Assembly: GCA_040388415.1 (NCBI GenBank)
Contig: JAZKBV010000001.1
Location: 10,369-74,368 of the forward strand
Reading direction: 5' to 3'
DNA from: Patescibacteria group bacterium
GTDB lineage: Bacteria; Patescibacteriota; Minisyncoccia; Phycocordibacterales; PALSA-1337
DNA: 64,000 bases
In this document: in pieces, positions 18,383-28,784 of the stretch
How the letters are laid out: every line of letters starts with the position of its first letter
Numbering within the stretch: the first letter of the stretch is position 1
The notes under the pieces: model-generated
Databases searched by the model: none
Told to the model about the DNA's origin: nothing
What the model saw: only the letters and a program-made list of their open reading frames with translations
Translations under genes and position numbers: made by a program

Positions 18383-19066
18383 TTGGAATCCAGAAAGGAA
18401 AAAATGTCGACTAAATTCAGTAGTTCTTCGTATGTTCAATATGGACTCAGGGTTAATTTTTTAGATTTAAATATAAAGGAACGATGGTCAGTTGTTCATA
18501 ATATTCTCCATTCCCTCATTACTCCTTTCGCAAGCGGTGCTATTGAATCCATAACACCCCACAGGATTTTTGGGACTAATGACGCAGAGCGTCTTTGGCC
18601 TGTGAAATTTAATTCTTACGATCGAGAATTACCGATTGAGTTCATTACAAATGAACTGGAGATTAAGAGAAAATATAAATTGGACATGAATGTCAACCTG
18701 GTTCCAATATGTGAAATGTGCACACTAAGAATGAACCGAGGTAGCAGACTGATTCAGAAATATCTATTACTGGGTAAAGAGTATCCGTTTCATTTTATTG
18801 AACTTAAACGCTATTTAAAATTAGAAAGATGTCCAGGTGGATATTATCTTCTTGATCTTGACAGTGTTAAGCGTATAACTCTTGCGCATGTTGATGAAGA
18901 ATACATAAAGAGAACCATTGGTCGTGATCATAAGATTGGTATTGCGATAATCGAGGGAGTCGTGCGTTTGTTGAATATTGCGATTGAAAATAAAACTAAT
19001 GATCTTCGATTTGTTCAAGAAAAACTTGATCTTGTCCGCGATATTTCAAAAAGGATAGAAGGTTGA
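18383..19066 (+). CDS. Hypothetical protein
   Basis: It is a 227 aa AT-rich ORF with no recognised motif. Confidence 0.4.
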   Translation: MESRKEKMSTKFSSSSYVQYGLRVNFLDLNIKERWSVVHNILHSLITPFASGAIESITPHRIFGTNDAERLWPVKFNSYDRELPIEFITNELEIKRKYKLDMNVNLVPICEMCTLRMNRGSRLIQKYLLLGKEYPFHFIELKRYLKLERCPGGYYLLDLDSVKRITLAHVDEEYIKRTIGRDHKIGIAIIEGVVRLLNIAIENKTNDLRFVQEKLDLVRDISKRIEG

Positions 19067-19170
19067 TCTTTTTCGTTCCATCACAACGGCAGGCTTACAA
19101 CTTGTCGTTTTTCTTTACCGAAGATATCTTCACTTTCATATTTTTGATATTGGTATACACTGTATCCATG

Positions 19171-19599
19171 ACATGTATATTCTGCTCAAAACCAGAGATA
19201 AAAGCTCGTGAAATTATCAGCAATGATCTCGCGTGGGCTTTTCCGACAAATATTCCTATAACACCAGGACATATATTGATTGCACCTAAACGCTGTGTGT
19301 CCTCACTTGAAGATTTAACGGTTGATGAACGATTGGCAATATTAGGCTTGGCAGATCAAATAATGATAGCTCTTAAGCGAACCTATGGTGCACAGGGATT
19401 CAACTCGGTGTGGAATCAGGGCGTGCTCGCAGGCCAGTCAGTTCCGCATTTCCATTTGCATATCATCTCTCGAACGGATGGTGATGCAGGTGTTCTTGGA
19501 TATGATCCGCGAAGTATGTTGTATCGGACCGGTGATAGGGAACCGACGAGTGAAGCGGAACTGATGAAGATCGTTGAGAAAATTAAGAAAGCATTATAA
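19171..19599 (+). CDS. HIT family protein (histidine triad nucleotide hydrolase/transferase)
   Basis: The histidine triad HFHLHII is present. I chose the ATG at 19171 (MTCIFCS). Confidence 0.75.
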   Translation, partial: TCIFCSKPEIKAREIISNDLAWAFPTNIPITPGHILIAPKRCVSSLEDLTVDERLAILGLADQIMIALKRTYGAQGFNSVWNQGVLAGQSVPHFHLHIISRTDGDAGVLGYDPRSMLYRTGDREPTSEAELMKIVEKIKKAL

Positions 19600-20192
19600 T
19601 GAACCAACTAACAATAGATACGTATAATAAGATGGCCAAAGAATATGACGATGAAACCGTCGATTTTTGGGATCGATTTCCAAGAACGTTTATTGATGCT
19701 TTTACATCTCTTGTGAAAGGCAACGCTCTTGATGTTGGTAGTGGTCCTGGCAGAGACGGTTTACTTTTGCAAGAAAAAGGTCTTGATGTAACCTGTCTCG
19801 ATGCGTCAGAAGAGATGGTTAAATTGTGTCAAAGCAAAGGGCTAAAGGCTGTCACTGGTGATTTTAATAGTTTGCCATTTGAAGATGCTTCGTTTACTGG
19901 TGTTTGGGCATATACATCACTTCTCCATATTCCAAAAGCGGATATCTCAAAACCTCTCAATGAAATCAATAGAGTATTAATCAGTGGCGGAATTTTCGGA
20001 CTTGGTCTTATTGAAGGAGATTTTGATGGCTATCGCGAGAGCTCTGGGGTAAATATGCCTCGTTGGTTCGCATTTTACTCAAAAGAGGAAGTTGAAACAC
20101 TTTTGAAATCACATGGTTTTGAGGTCATTCATTTTGAGCAATTTAAACCAGGTTCAAAGAATTATTTGAATTTTATTTGTCGTAAAAGCTAA
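19599..20192 (+). CDS. Class I SAM-dependent methyltransferase
   Basis: Motif I LDVGSGPGRDG is present. Its start overlaps the HIT stop (TAATG), suggesting translational coupling. Confidence 0.75.
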   Translation: MNQLTIDTYNKMAKEYDDETVDFWDRFPRTFIDAFTSLVKGNALDVGSGPGRDGLLLQEKGLDVTCLDASEEMVKLCQSKGLKAVTGDFNSLPFEDASFTGVWAYTSLLHIPKADISKPLNEINRVLISGGIFGLGLIEGDFDGYRESSGVNMPRWFAFYSKEEVETLLKSHGFEVIHFEQFKPGSKNYLNFICRKS

Positions 20193-20296
20193 TTTAGCCA
20201 TCTCATAATTACCGAGGGATTCCTCGCTAGAACTCTTATGAAGAAGGAGTATATTTTTTGTTAGTAGTTTGAAAACAATGAACAAAAGAAATTATT

Positions 20297-20692
20297 ATGA
20301 GTGAAATTAATCGACACTTCGTTGCCATTGTTCTTGAATGGGGTAAGGATTATGATCCTGTGGGTTGGAGGAAGGTTGAGGAAATTAGATTAGGTAGAGG
20401 CAAGTATCCTGAAGGCTGGCATTTACCTACACCTAAAGAGTTTGAAGATGCAAATAAAGCTGGTGTTTTAGGCTTTGTATCACCTACAACCAGATATTGG
20501 GCCGCAGGTAAAGGTGATGCATTGGCGATTATCCCTGTTATACCAACAGAATATTATGTTTGTAATCGTTACGATATACAACATCGTGTAAGATTGGTGA
20601 GGTGTGTCCACATCTTCACTAATAGTTTCAAAACTAAAACCGTTGATTCACAAGTTGAATCTTCTAATTTAATTCTGGAGTTTAAGGATTAA
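20297..20692 (+). CDS. DUF1566 (Lcl C-terminal domain)-like protein
   Basis: GWHLPTPKEFED followed by YWAAG matches the W-R/H-LPT..EL and YWSS pattern of DUF1566. Confidence 0.4.
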   Translation: MSEINRHFVAIVLEWGKDYDPVGWRKVEEIRLGRGKYPEGWHLPTPKEFEDANKAGVLGFVSPTTRYWAAGKGDALAIIPVIPTEYYVCNRYDIQHRVRLVRCVHIFTNSFKTKTVDSQVESSNLILEFKD

Positions 20693-20736
20693 ATGTATCT
20701 AATCAAAATAGGATGACTTAATAGTTGTCCTATTTT

Positions 20737-21963
20737 TTACTCATACCTCAATGCCTCGATAGGATTGAGCCTCGATGCTCGGCGCGCAGGATAATACCCA
20801 AAAACGATGCCAATAAAAGCGGAGACGCCAAAGGCGAGAAGTACTGACGTTGATGATACGCTGGTGGCCAGTATGCCTAAAGTAGTGACGATATAAGCTA
20901 CGATCCAACCGAGTGCCACACCGATGCCTCCGCCGATGACTGTGAGCGCCACTGCTTCTGCGAGAAACTGAAAACTAATATCACGACGCTTTGCACCGAT
21001 GGCTTTGCGCAGGCCAATCTCACGAGTGCGCTCGGTCACGGTGGTCAGCATCATATTCATAATGCCGATACCACCAACGACGAGCGATATGCCCGCGACT
21101 GAACCGAGAAGATAGGTAAATGTCGTAGTAATGCTTGAGGCAGTCGAAACGATGTCGGCCATATTTTGTACATTGAAATCAGATTTTGTTGGGTCTTTGA
21201 TTTTATGACGAGTATTGAGAAGGTCGGTAATATCCGTTTGAATTTGAGTCATGACACTTGAGTCAGTAGCTGAGATACTGAGCGAAGTGACGTACGCTGA
21301 ACTACCGAGCAGGAAAATCTGCGCTGATGAAAGGGGGATATAGATAGCGTCATCTTGGTTGTTTAGACCACTGGTGCCTTTTGAGGCAGTGACGCCGATA
21401 ACTCTGAATTCCATACCATTGATGCGGAGCATTTGTCCTACTGCTTCGACGCTATCGCCAAAAAGATCACTTGCAGTAGTTGGTCCGATGACGGCCACTT
21501 TTGTGCGATTTTGCACATCCTGATCAGATATGAAGACACCATCATTGACTGATGTATTGTGAACAGTTGTATATGCTGGTTGTACGCCAGTGACTGAGGT
21601 GTTCGTATTTGTACCTTTTGCTGTTACCTGGTATCGTCCAGATATTTCAGGGGATATTGCATTGATATTTTTTACGTTAGCAGTGATGGTGGCGACATCC
21701 TCTGTGGTCAATGTCTTCGCTGAGCCACGACCAGTTGAAGCACTATAGCCAAAACTACGCGTCGCGCCAGGGGAGACAGTGATCAGGTTTGCACCGATAG
21801 ATTGGATACGCGAGGTGATCGATGCTTGTGCGCCTTGTCCGATCGATACCATGATGATGACTGAGCTGATGCCGATGATGATGCCGAGCATGGTGAGCGT
21901 CGTGCGCACTTTGTTTGCGGTGAGGGCAGAGACTGTTTCGTGAAGTGTGTCTTTGATAGTCAT
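20737..21963 (-). CDS. ABC transporter permease, FtsX/MacB family (second copy)
   Basis: The TERTREIGLRKAIGA motif is present and the architecture matches 2965..4203. Confidence 0.9.
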   Translation of the reverse strand: MTIKDTLHETVSALTANKVRTTLTMLGIIIGISSVIIMVSIGQGAQASITSRIQSIGANLITVSPGATRSFGYSASTGRGSAKTLTTEDVATITANVKNINAISPEISGRYQVTAKGTNTNTSVTGVQPAYTTVHNTSVNDGVFISDQDVQNRTKVAVIGPTTASDLFGDSVEAVGQMLRINGMEFRVIGVTASKGTSGLNNQDDAIYIPLSSAQIFLLGSSAYVTSLSISATDSSVMTQIQTDITDLLNTRHKIKDPTKSDFNVQNMADIVSTASSITTTFTYLLGSVAGISLVVGGIGIMNMMLTTVTERTREIGLRKAIGAKRRDISFQFLAEAVALTVIGGGIGVALGWIVAYIVTTLGILATSVSSTSVLLAFGVSAFIGIVFGYYPARRASRLNPIEALRYE

Positions 21964-21968
21964 GATGA

Positions 21969-22688
21969 TTATGCCTTACGTTTAGCGTGTTCAATGATTC
22001 TTTTGTTATGTCCTCTACCATCTTCGACGATCATTCCATCCTTTATATAAATAATACGATCAGCGTGCTCTGCCACTTCACGCTCGTGGGTGATGAGGAT
22101 GATGGTGCAACCGAGGTCCTTGTTGAGTCGTTGAAATGTACCCAAGACGATATCGCCAGTCTGTGAATCAAGGTTGCCGGTCGGCTCATCAGCGAGGATA
22201 AGTGAAGGGTTGTTCACAAGCGCACGAGCGATGGCGACGCGCTGTATCTGTCCGCCAGAAAGCTGGTTTGATTTGTGGTTGTAGCGGTCTTCGGAAAGTC
22301 CCGCTGACTCGAGTGATTTTCGCGCACGCTTCTCACGCTCGAGCTCAGGCACGCCAGCATATATGAGGGGGAGTGTGACATTGCGCATGACAGTGGCGCG
22401 GGGCAGGAGATTGAACGATTGAAAGACGAAACCGATGCGGTCGCGACGTATGGTCGCTAACTCGTCATCAGAGAGTTTCGATACATCTTTGTTGTCGAGC
22501 TTATAAGCACCCGAGGTTGGTGTATCGAGAGCGCCGAGGATATGCATAAGGGTAGATTTACCTGAGCCAGAAGGTCCCATGATAGCCACGAACTCTCCGT
22601 CGGCGATCTCGAACGACACCCCGCGCAAAGCCTGGGTTTCATTATCTCCCATGATGTATGTCTTTTTAATATTTTTTACTTCGATCAT
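21969..22688 (-). CDS. ABC transporter ATP-binding protein, MacB/YknY-like (second copy)
   Basis: [24 protein letters not shown] and [11 protein letters not shown] are present. Confidence 0.9.
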   Translation of the reverse strand: MIEVKNIKKTYIMGDNETQALRGVSFEIADGEFVAIMGPSGSGKSTLMHILGALDTPTSGAYKLDNKDVSKLSDDELATIRRDRIGFVFQSFNLLPRATVMRNVTLPLIYAGVPELEREKRARKSLESAGLSEDRYNHKSNQLSGGQIQRVAIARALVNNPSLILADEPTGNLDSQTGDIVLGTFQRLNKDLGCTIILITHEREVAEHADRIIYIKDGMIVEDGRGHNKRIIEHAKRKA

Positions 22689-22690
22689 AT

Positions 22691-24487
22691 TTAGAGAGGG
22701 GTAGGTGGACGTGCAGCCGCGGTACCTGATGTTGTTGTGCGATTCGCTCCTTGCCTATTGCCACCAAAGAGGTTGCCGAGAAGACCACCGCTTGTCGCGG
22801 TTGCTGCTGTCGAACCTTGGGCAACAGTTGTCATCTTGGTGACAACAGCTTGTCCTGCCGTGAGACCGCTCAGGATCTCGGTGTTGGTATCATCAGCGTC
22901 GCCGATGGTAACAATGACTTCAGTTGGAGCAGTAGCAGAGGTGACAACTATGCCCATTGCTGATCGATTTGCACTTGTTGATGATGAACCAGATGTTCTT
23001 GCAAATGTTCGTGCTCCTGATGTCGTCGAGACTGTTGATGATGCAATACGGTTTCGATTAAATGATGATGAAGCCATTCCCGTATCTAATATTTGAACGT
23101 AGTGGATATTTCCGCGTGTTTTGATGGCGCTTGAAGGAACGAGAAGTACGCTGTCTTTTTGCTCGGTGACGATAGTTGCGTTGAGACTCATGCCAGGCTT
23201 GATGCGGGAATCAGTCGTGTCGATCAATATTTTGACATTATATGTGACGACACCTGAACTGACAGTGCCTACGAGATCAACGGAACTAACTGTTCCAGTT
23301 GCAGTCAAACCATCGATTGCATCAAAAGTGATTTTGACTGGCTGGCCAGCTTTTACTTTTGATGCGTCAATTTCATTGAGTGAGATCGTAGAGATTTTTT
23401 GTTCACCGATCAAAGTGGCGATGGCTGCACTGCCAGCTTGGCCATATACTGATGCACTGATTTTTCCTACAATGCCGTCGAATGGTGCGCGAATAAAATA
23501 ATTGTTGTAGGTAAGCTGTGCCTGTTCGAGGTTTAATCGTTGTGATTGGAGATCGAGCGAGTCAGTTCCGTTCAAAAGGGTAGTGAGCGAATTGGAGCTT
23601 GTTTGGATGTTATTCTGGGCAGATAAGACATTTGATACGGCGCTATTGGTTGTATTGGACCACGTGTTCACGTTTGTCGCTGCGCTTGATCCAGAGCTTG
23701 TTTCGTACTGAGGTTGTGAAGTAGTGATAAAGCTAATGGCAGTTCGGGCGCTTGTCACCGCTTCGGCAACGTCTTTTGTCATGACATACGTGTCATTCAA
23801 TAGATCATCGAGACTTGAGGTGGCACTATCGCGACTGAGTGATTTGAATGTTGTGAGAACGGCATTGTATTCTGTGAGCGCTTTATCGTAATTTTTCCCC
23901 ACTGTATCTCGATATTCGCGAGCGGTAGGGTTGAGATATGATGAACGCTGATCGCTCAAGAAGCCGGATTGACCATAGAGCAGGTCTTTCATACCGGACA
24001 TGATGGTCGGTAAATCAGTGAAGATGCTTGCGACGGCACTGTATCCATTGTCGTAGGACTTTGAAACACTGCTCTGTGCTTCAGATAGATCGGTTTCTTT
24101 TGGTGGCGTGGTCAATTTTTCCATGGCGATTTGGGCGCTCTGGAGAGAGCGTAATGCATCCGTTGAGTCGATCGTCGCCAAGAGGTCGCCCTTTTTGACG
24201 TGGTCGCCGACTGATACCTTTATCGATGTGATTGTACCGCTTACTTTGCTTGTGATATCAAGTTGGTTGAGCGCCGAGACCTGTCCGGTGCCTGTGACTG
24301 TTTGTGTGAGGGTGCCGAGTCGCGCAACACTAAGTGTGTACTGGGTCTCAGTACCACCCGCTGATATCTTCGCGTACACTTCATAGCTTCCCCCGATGAG
24401 TACTGCGAGAATGATAAGGCTCCATATTTTATGTGCACCCACAAAGGCGCATGTTTTTGCAGAATATTTTTTAAGAAATGATTTCAT
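22691..24487 (-). CDS. Efflux transporter periplasmic adaptor (HlyD family) with long coiled coil and C-terminal S/T/G-rich low-complexity tail
   Basis: It has an N-terminal TM anchor, HlyD-like hairpin and barrel segments, and a 3 nt gap to the ATPase. At 598 aa it is unusually long for the family. Confidence 0.8.
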   Translation of the reverse strand: MKSFLKKYSAKTCAFVGAHKIWSLIILAVLIGGSYEVYAKISAGGTETQYTLSVARLGTLTQTVTGTGQVSALNQLDITSKVSGTITSIKVSVGDHVKKGDLLATIDSTDALRSLQSAQIAMEKLTTPPKETDLSEAQSSVSKSYDNGYSAVASIFTDLPTIMSGMKDLLYGQSGFLSDQRSSYLNPTAREYRDTVGKNYDKALTEYNAVLTTFKSLSRDSATSSLDDLLNDTYVMTKDVAEAVTSARTAISFITTSQPQYETSSGSSAATNVNTWSNTTNSAVSNVLSAQNNIQTSSNSLTTLLNGTDSLDLQSQRLNLEQAQLTYNNYFIRAPFDGIVGKISASVYGQAGSAAIATLIGEQKISTISLNEIDASKVKAGQPVKITFDAIDGLTATGTVSSVDLVGTVSSGVVTYNVKILIDTTDSRIKPGMSLNATIVTEQKDSVLLVPSSAIKTRGNIHYVQILDTGMASSSFNRNRIASSTVSTTSGARTFARTSGSSSTSANRSAMGIVVTSATAPTEVIVTIGDADDTNTEILSGLTAGQAVVTKMTTVAQGSTAATATSGGLLGNLFGGNRQGANRTTTSGTAAARPPTPL

Positions 24488-24518
24488 TGGTATGGTGTGC
24501 GGAGTAGCATATGGATTA

Positions 24519-25043
24519 CTAGCGTCTCATATAACTCGTGCTCCCACTGTCTGCATCAATAGGTGGCGGAGGGACGATGCGGATAAGCGAAGCGCTGATC
24601 CTTCCTTGGGCATCTGGTTCACCGATCACAATCACCGCTGATCCAACATGAATGTCAGTCGTTGATGCAGGGCCATGAAGCGAACGGAGCAAGGTCGATG
24701 TGCCAATGAGAATTATTTTTTCTGCCTCAAGCGGGCCTTTGATAGCAAATGAAGGAAAGTTGACCCCGATCACTGCGCCGAATGCGCCGTGTGGCATACT
24801 GGGGCCATCATCTATATCTCCAAAGAAAGGCGAGCGCGGTCCGCCGAACTCGCGAGAATAGTTTGAGCTCCATTGATATGAAAATTCTGTCACACGGTGG
24901 CCGACAAATATACCTGCCCCGAATATAATTATTCCAAGAAAGGCAAAGCTCATATAGCGCAACAGGGAAGCGTACTTTTCAGATTGGAATGATTTGAGAA
25001 ACTGTGAGAAGTTCATAAGTGTAAGATATAGAAAATTAAGCAC
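24519..25043 (-). CDS. Hypothetical membrane protein (downstream of ECF sigma; candidate anti-sigma/accessory)
   Basis: One TM helix is followed by an extracytoplasmic domain. It sits in the operon after the sigma-factor gene. Confidence 0.4.
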   Translation of the reverse strand: MLNFLYLTLMNFSQFLKSFQSEKYASLLRYMSFAFLGIIIFGAGIFVGHRVTEFSYQWSSNYSREFGGPRSPFFGDIDDGPSMPHGAFGAVIGVNFPSFAIKGPLEAEKIILIGTSTLLRSLHGPASTTDIHVGSAVIVIGEPDAQGRISASLIRIVPPPPIDADSGSTSYMRR

Positions 25044-25053
25044 AGATTGATAA

Positions 25054-25521
25054 TTATGCCGTTGCGTACGAGCTCGCTTTGCGTGTGCTCAACTTTGCGA
25101 AATAGTAAGCACTTCGACGCAGAGAGTATGTGCATGTCAGCACGAGTCCGAGCACGATACTCATCTCAAGGATAGGGGCTGACTCGATCATGGTAAAAAT
25201 AAATGCTTTCCATGAACCAAGAACTGACACACCATCGCTCCATCCGAGCGAAGCGAATTGGATAAAGCCGGAACTAGTTGCGGAAGCAAAGAGCTGTTGG
25301 CCTGCAGGTGCGAGTCCGATGAGGGTGGCGAGCACAAAAAAACTGTGTGCCCCCGCGCGAGTGCGGGTCTGCATCAATTGTGATCTCTGTATGCGAGTCA
25401 CAACCACGACAGCGACCCCTTTGTGAGGTTCATTGGTGGTCATATGTAAGAACAGTTTCTTGTATGTTTCTTCAGGTTTCATTGTAGTGATTGTACGAAT
25501 ACAGCGGCTATTTCGGTGCAT
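25054..25521 (-). CDS. Hypothetical membrane protein (candidate anti-sigma factor)
   Basis: It is immediately downstream of the ECF sigma gene and has hydrophobic helices. The start is probably the internal MKPEETYKKL near 25482. Confidence 0.4.
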   Translation of the reverse strand: MHRNSRCIRTITTMKPEETYKKLFLHMTTNEPHKGVAVVVVTRIQRSQLMQTRTRAGAHSFFVLATLIGLAPAGQQLFASATSSGFIQFASLGWSDGVSVLGSWKAFIFTMIESAPILEMSIVLGLVLTCTYSLRRSAYYFAKLSTRKASSYATA

Positions 25522-25528
25522 ACGCTTT

Positions 25529-26116
25529 CTATGGCCGTATGTGGACCAGTGAGTCGCGTATCTTATCGAGTGATCGCCGGTGCCAGCTTTTGACCGTATT
25601 CATCGGTCGTTTCAACGTCTCCGCGATCTCCTCGAATGTCATGTCTTCGCGATAGTGCATGATGAGCACGGCGCGATGGTCTGGGTGAAGCACACTCATG
25701 GCGTTATCGAGCTGTTCTGACAACTGAGCGCGAGAGAATAGTTCAGAGGGAAGAGGTTCCGTGTCTACAACACTCTCTGCAAAGCTCGAATCATTTTCAG
25801 TGTCAGCGGTACCAACATCGATTTCAGAGAAGCTGGTCGCCTTTTTCTTTTTGATGTAATCGAGAGCGGTATTACGGGCTATGGTGAAGAGCCATGGTTT
25901 GAATTTCATGCCATTCTTGAAGCGATTGATATATTTCCATGCTTTAAAAAAAGTATCTTGAGCCACGTCTTCTGCTTCTTCACGGATACGGACGTATTGC
26001 AGGATGAAATTGAAAATATGCTTCATGTAGCGAGACATGAGTATATGGTAGGCCGTATCATTGCCAGATTTGATCTGTAATATGAGATCTTCGTCAGTAC
26101 TCATATGGTCTATCAT
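25529..26116 (-). CDS. RNA polymerase sigma-70 factor, ECF subfamily
   Basis: Region 2 (DVAQDTFFKAWKYINRF) and region 4 HTH (MTFEEIAETLKRPMNTVKSWHRR) are present. Confidence 0.85.
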   Translation of the reverse strand: MIDHMSTDEDLILQIKSGNDTAYHILMSRYMKHIFNFILQYVRIREEAEDVAQDTFFKAWKYINRFKNGMKFKPWLFTIARNTALDYIKKKKATSFSEIDVGTADTENDSSFAESVVDTEPLPSELFSRAQLSEQLDNAMSVLHPDHRAVLIMHYREDMTFEEIAETLKRPMNTVKSWHRRSLDKIRDSLVHIRP

Positions 26117-26155
26117 ACTATAGGTTATAATAAAGGAGTAAAACTAATTTTTTTT

Positions 26156-27913
26156 ATGACACTACTCATCATTTCATTTATTGCGGGCATTCTCACTATT
26201 CTTGCGCCGTGCGTGTTGCCGTTATTGCCAGTCATCTTGGGCGGAGCAGTGGCAGAGGTCAAAAACAAACGTCGACCATTTATCATCATCAGCTCATTGT
26301 CGATCTCGGTTCTTGTTTTCACACTGCTCCTCAAAGGATCGACCGCGCTCATCACTGTTTCTCCGTCAGTGTGGAGTTATGTCTCAGCAATTATTTTTCT
26401 TGCATTTGGTCTGACCCTTATCTTTCCAGAAAGTTGGGCGCGCGTTGTGCTCAAGATTCCGGGGCATAACAAGCCTGATCGCTGGATCAGTCGCGGATAC
26501 ACGCACGGGGAATCATTCTGGACAGATGTCATCGTCGGCGCCGCTCTCGGCCCTGTGTTCACGACCTGCAGTCCAACTTTTTTTGTGATACTCGCCACTG
26601 TTCTGCCACAGTCATTGGCTATGGGCGTGATAGATCTTCTCGCCTACATTATCGGTTTAGCATTGTCGCTCCTCCTCATCTCCTTCATCGGACAGCGCCT
26701 CGTCAATCGCCTTGAGTGGCTCTCAGATCCGAAAGGATGGTTCAAGCGCACGCTCGGTTTTCTCTTTATCATCCTTGCTTGTGCGATCGCTTTTGGATGG
26801 GACAAAAAAGCCGAGGCTGGCATACTGCGAAGCGGCTTCTTTGACGTGACATCCATCGAGCAGAAATTGCATCAATATCTCGATGGTATATCAGCCGGCA
26901 TTTCAAAGACGGATACAGATGGCATATATCCAGGTGTTGCCGATAGAAATTCGGTTCGTTACACCGACATCGTTCGTCCGTCCGGCTTTGTGAATAGCGA
27001 CCCATTTACCTTGTCGAGCTTGATCGGCAAAAAAGTCATCCTAGTCGATTTCATCGACTACACCTGCATCAACTGTGAGCGTACCTTCCCGTATTTGAAT
27101 GATTGGTATGCGAAGTATAAAGATCAAGGTCTAGAAGTCATCGCTATTCATACGCCTGAGTTCTCATTTGAAAAAGATATAAAAAATGTTGCCGCCGCCG
27201 CCAAGCAGTTTGGCTTGATGTTTCCGATAGTGCTTGATAATGACTATTCGACATGGAATGCGTATGGCAACCAGTATTGGCCACATAAGTATCTTATCGA
27301 TATCACGGGACATGTCGTCTATGATCATATTGGCGAAGGGGGATATGCTGAGACTGAATCCGAAATCGTCAAAGCACTCAACGGCAGAATGAAGTTTCTT
27401 GGACAATCGGGTTCAGTCACTATGGGCTCGACAACTGTTCAGGGTGTCGCTATACAGACACAGAGCCCCGAGACGTATTTCGGCGCATCGCGTAATGAGC
27501 TTTTCGGCAATGGCTATCAAGGCACAGCGTATAAAAATAATTTCACTATACCGAGCACGTTGGACGTTAATACATTTTATCTCGGTGGATCGTGGGATAT
27601 ACAGCGTGAATATATCAAAAGCACTTCTACTGACGCGCAGCTTTCATTCGTGTTCAAAGCTTCAAAGATGTATATCGTCGCATCACCAAGTTTCAGCTCA
27701 TCAGGCACCGCTATTCCAGTCAAAGCAAAAGTGCTCATCGATGGTAAACCGATCACGTCTGCTCAGAGTGGTAGCGATGTGAAAAATGGCATCGTCACCA
27801 TCGACAGCTCACGCCTCTATAATCTTTTTTCTGATACGGTCGTAGGTGCTCATCGTATCGATATTATTTTTTCCTCTCCAGGTGTTGAAGCGTTCACGTT
27901 CACATTTGGTTAG
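26156..27913 (+). CDS. DipZ-like thiol:disulfide interchange protein: CcdA/DsbD-type TM domain + thioredoxin (CxxC = CINC) + C-terminal beta-rich domain
   Basis: It has the TM Cys pair LAPCVLP, a thioredoxin fold with YTCINCERTFP, and a C-terminal extension of about 180 aa comparable to the mycobacterial DipZ architecture. Confidence 0.75.
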   Translation: MTLLIISFIAGILTILAPCVLPLLPVILGGAVAEVKNKRRPFIIISSLSISVLVFTLLLKGSTALITVSPSVWSYVSAIIFLAFGLTLIFPESWARVVLKIPGHNKPDRWISRGYTHGESFWTDVIVGAALGPVFTTCSPTFFVILATVLPQSLAMGVIDLLAYIIGLALSLLLISFIGQRLVNRLEWLSDPKGWFKRTLGFLFIILACAIAFGWDKKAEAGILRSGFFDVTSIEQKLHQYLDGISAGISKTDTDGIYPGVADRNSVRYTDIVRPSGFVNSDPFTLSSLIGKKVILVDFIDYTCINCERTFPYLNDWYAKYKDQGLEVIAIHTPEFSFEKDIKNVAAAAKQFGLMFPIVLDNDYSTWNAYGNQYWPHKYLIDITGHVVYDHIGEGGYAETESEIVKALNGRMKFLGQSGSVTMGSTTVQGVAIQTQSPETYFGASRNELFGNGYQGTAYKNNFTIPSTLDVNTFYLGGSWDIQREYIKSTSTDAQLSFVFKASKMYIVASPSFSSSGTAIPVKAKVLIDGKPITSAQSGSDVKNGIVTIDSSRLYNLFSDTVVGAHRIDIIFSSPGVEAFTFTFG

Positions 27914-28010
27914 TCGTGTGCCGGTTAGTTGTGCACTGAAAATGGTTTGTTTATCAAACATTGTATTGTACAATAGTAGACATATCAGCGGTTAAGTAAT
28001 TTAATTTTCT

Positions 28011-28142
28011 CCATGGCAAAAAGAATCACAGGCGTTGGAAAAAAGCGCGCTACACGCAGTCGCAAGACTACCAAGCGCCTCGCTGCAAAGCGTACACGTC
28101 TCGCTCCAAAGCGCGCAAAGAAAGCAAAGAAGGGCAAGCGTT
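28011..28142 (+). CDS. Small highly basic 43 aa protein (Lys/Arg-rich), hypothetical
   Basis: It has an ATG start and its own terminator at 28175..28210. The perfect palindrome TATTGTACAATA lies upstream at 27964..27975. It is not among the >=60 aa ORFs. Confidence 0.3.
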
Positions 28143-28174
28143 AAAAAGTTCGAGTCGCGCTCTATATTTTAAAC

Positions 28175-28210
28175 AAAAATACGTCCTGTCGGGGGCGTAT
28201 TTTTGTTTTA
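28175..28210 (+). terminator. Rho-independent terminator
   Basis: The stem AAATACG..CGTATTT is followed by TTGTTTT. Confidence 0.4.
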
Positions 28211-28230
28211 TATTGGTATATAATAGGTGC

Positions 28231-28770
28231 ATGAGCACAACACTACAAAAAGCCATATTTGCGAACGGATGTTTCTGGTGCACCGAAGCAGTTTTTTCGA
28301 TGCTCAAAGGGGTGAGCTCAGTCAAGCCAGGATATACTGGTGGCGACATAAAAAATCCCACCTATGAACAGGTGAGTAACGGCAATACTGGTCACGCTGA
28401 GGCTATCGAGATCCAATATGATCCAGAGATTATTTCTTATGATGATTTGCTGGCAGTGTATTTCAATACGCACGATCCAACGACAGTTAACAGACAAGGC
28501 AACGATATCGGCACTCAATATCGTTCAGCAATCTTCTATACGACAGATGAACAAAAAGCGAAGGCAGAAAGTTTGGTCAAAGAGTTGAATGATCGGGAGG
28601 CCTATGACAAGCCAGTGGTCACTGAGGTAAAGCCTCTCGATATATTTTATGAAGCTGAGGACTATCACCATGATTATTATAAGAATAATGAGAGCCAGCC
28701 GTATTGTCAGCTGGTGATTGCACCGAAACTTGAGAAGCTACAGAAGCGATTTGAGAATTTATTAAAATAA
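28231..28770 (+). CDS. msrA: Peptide methionine sulfoxide reductase MsrA
   Basis: The active-site motif GCFWCTEAVF is near the N-terminus. Confidence 0.9.
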   Translation: MSTTLQKAIFANGCFWCTEAVFSMLKGVSSVKPGYTGGDIKNPTYEQVSNGNTGHAEAIEIQYDPEIISYDDLLAVYFNTHDPTTVNRQGNDIGTQYRSAIFYTTDEQKAKAESLVKELNDREAYDKPVVTEVKPLDIFYEAEDYHHDYYKNNESQPYCQLVIAPKLEKLQKRFENLLK

Positions 28771-28784
28771 CCGATACAAATACA

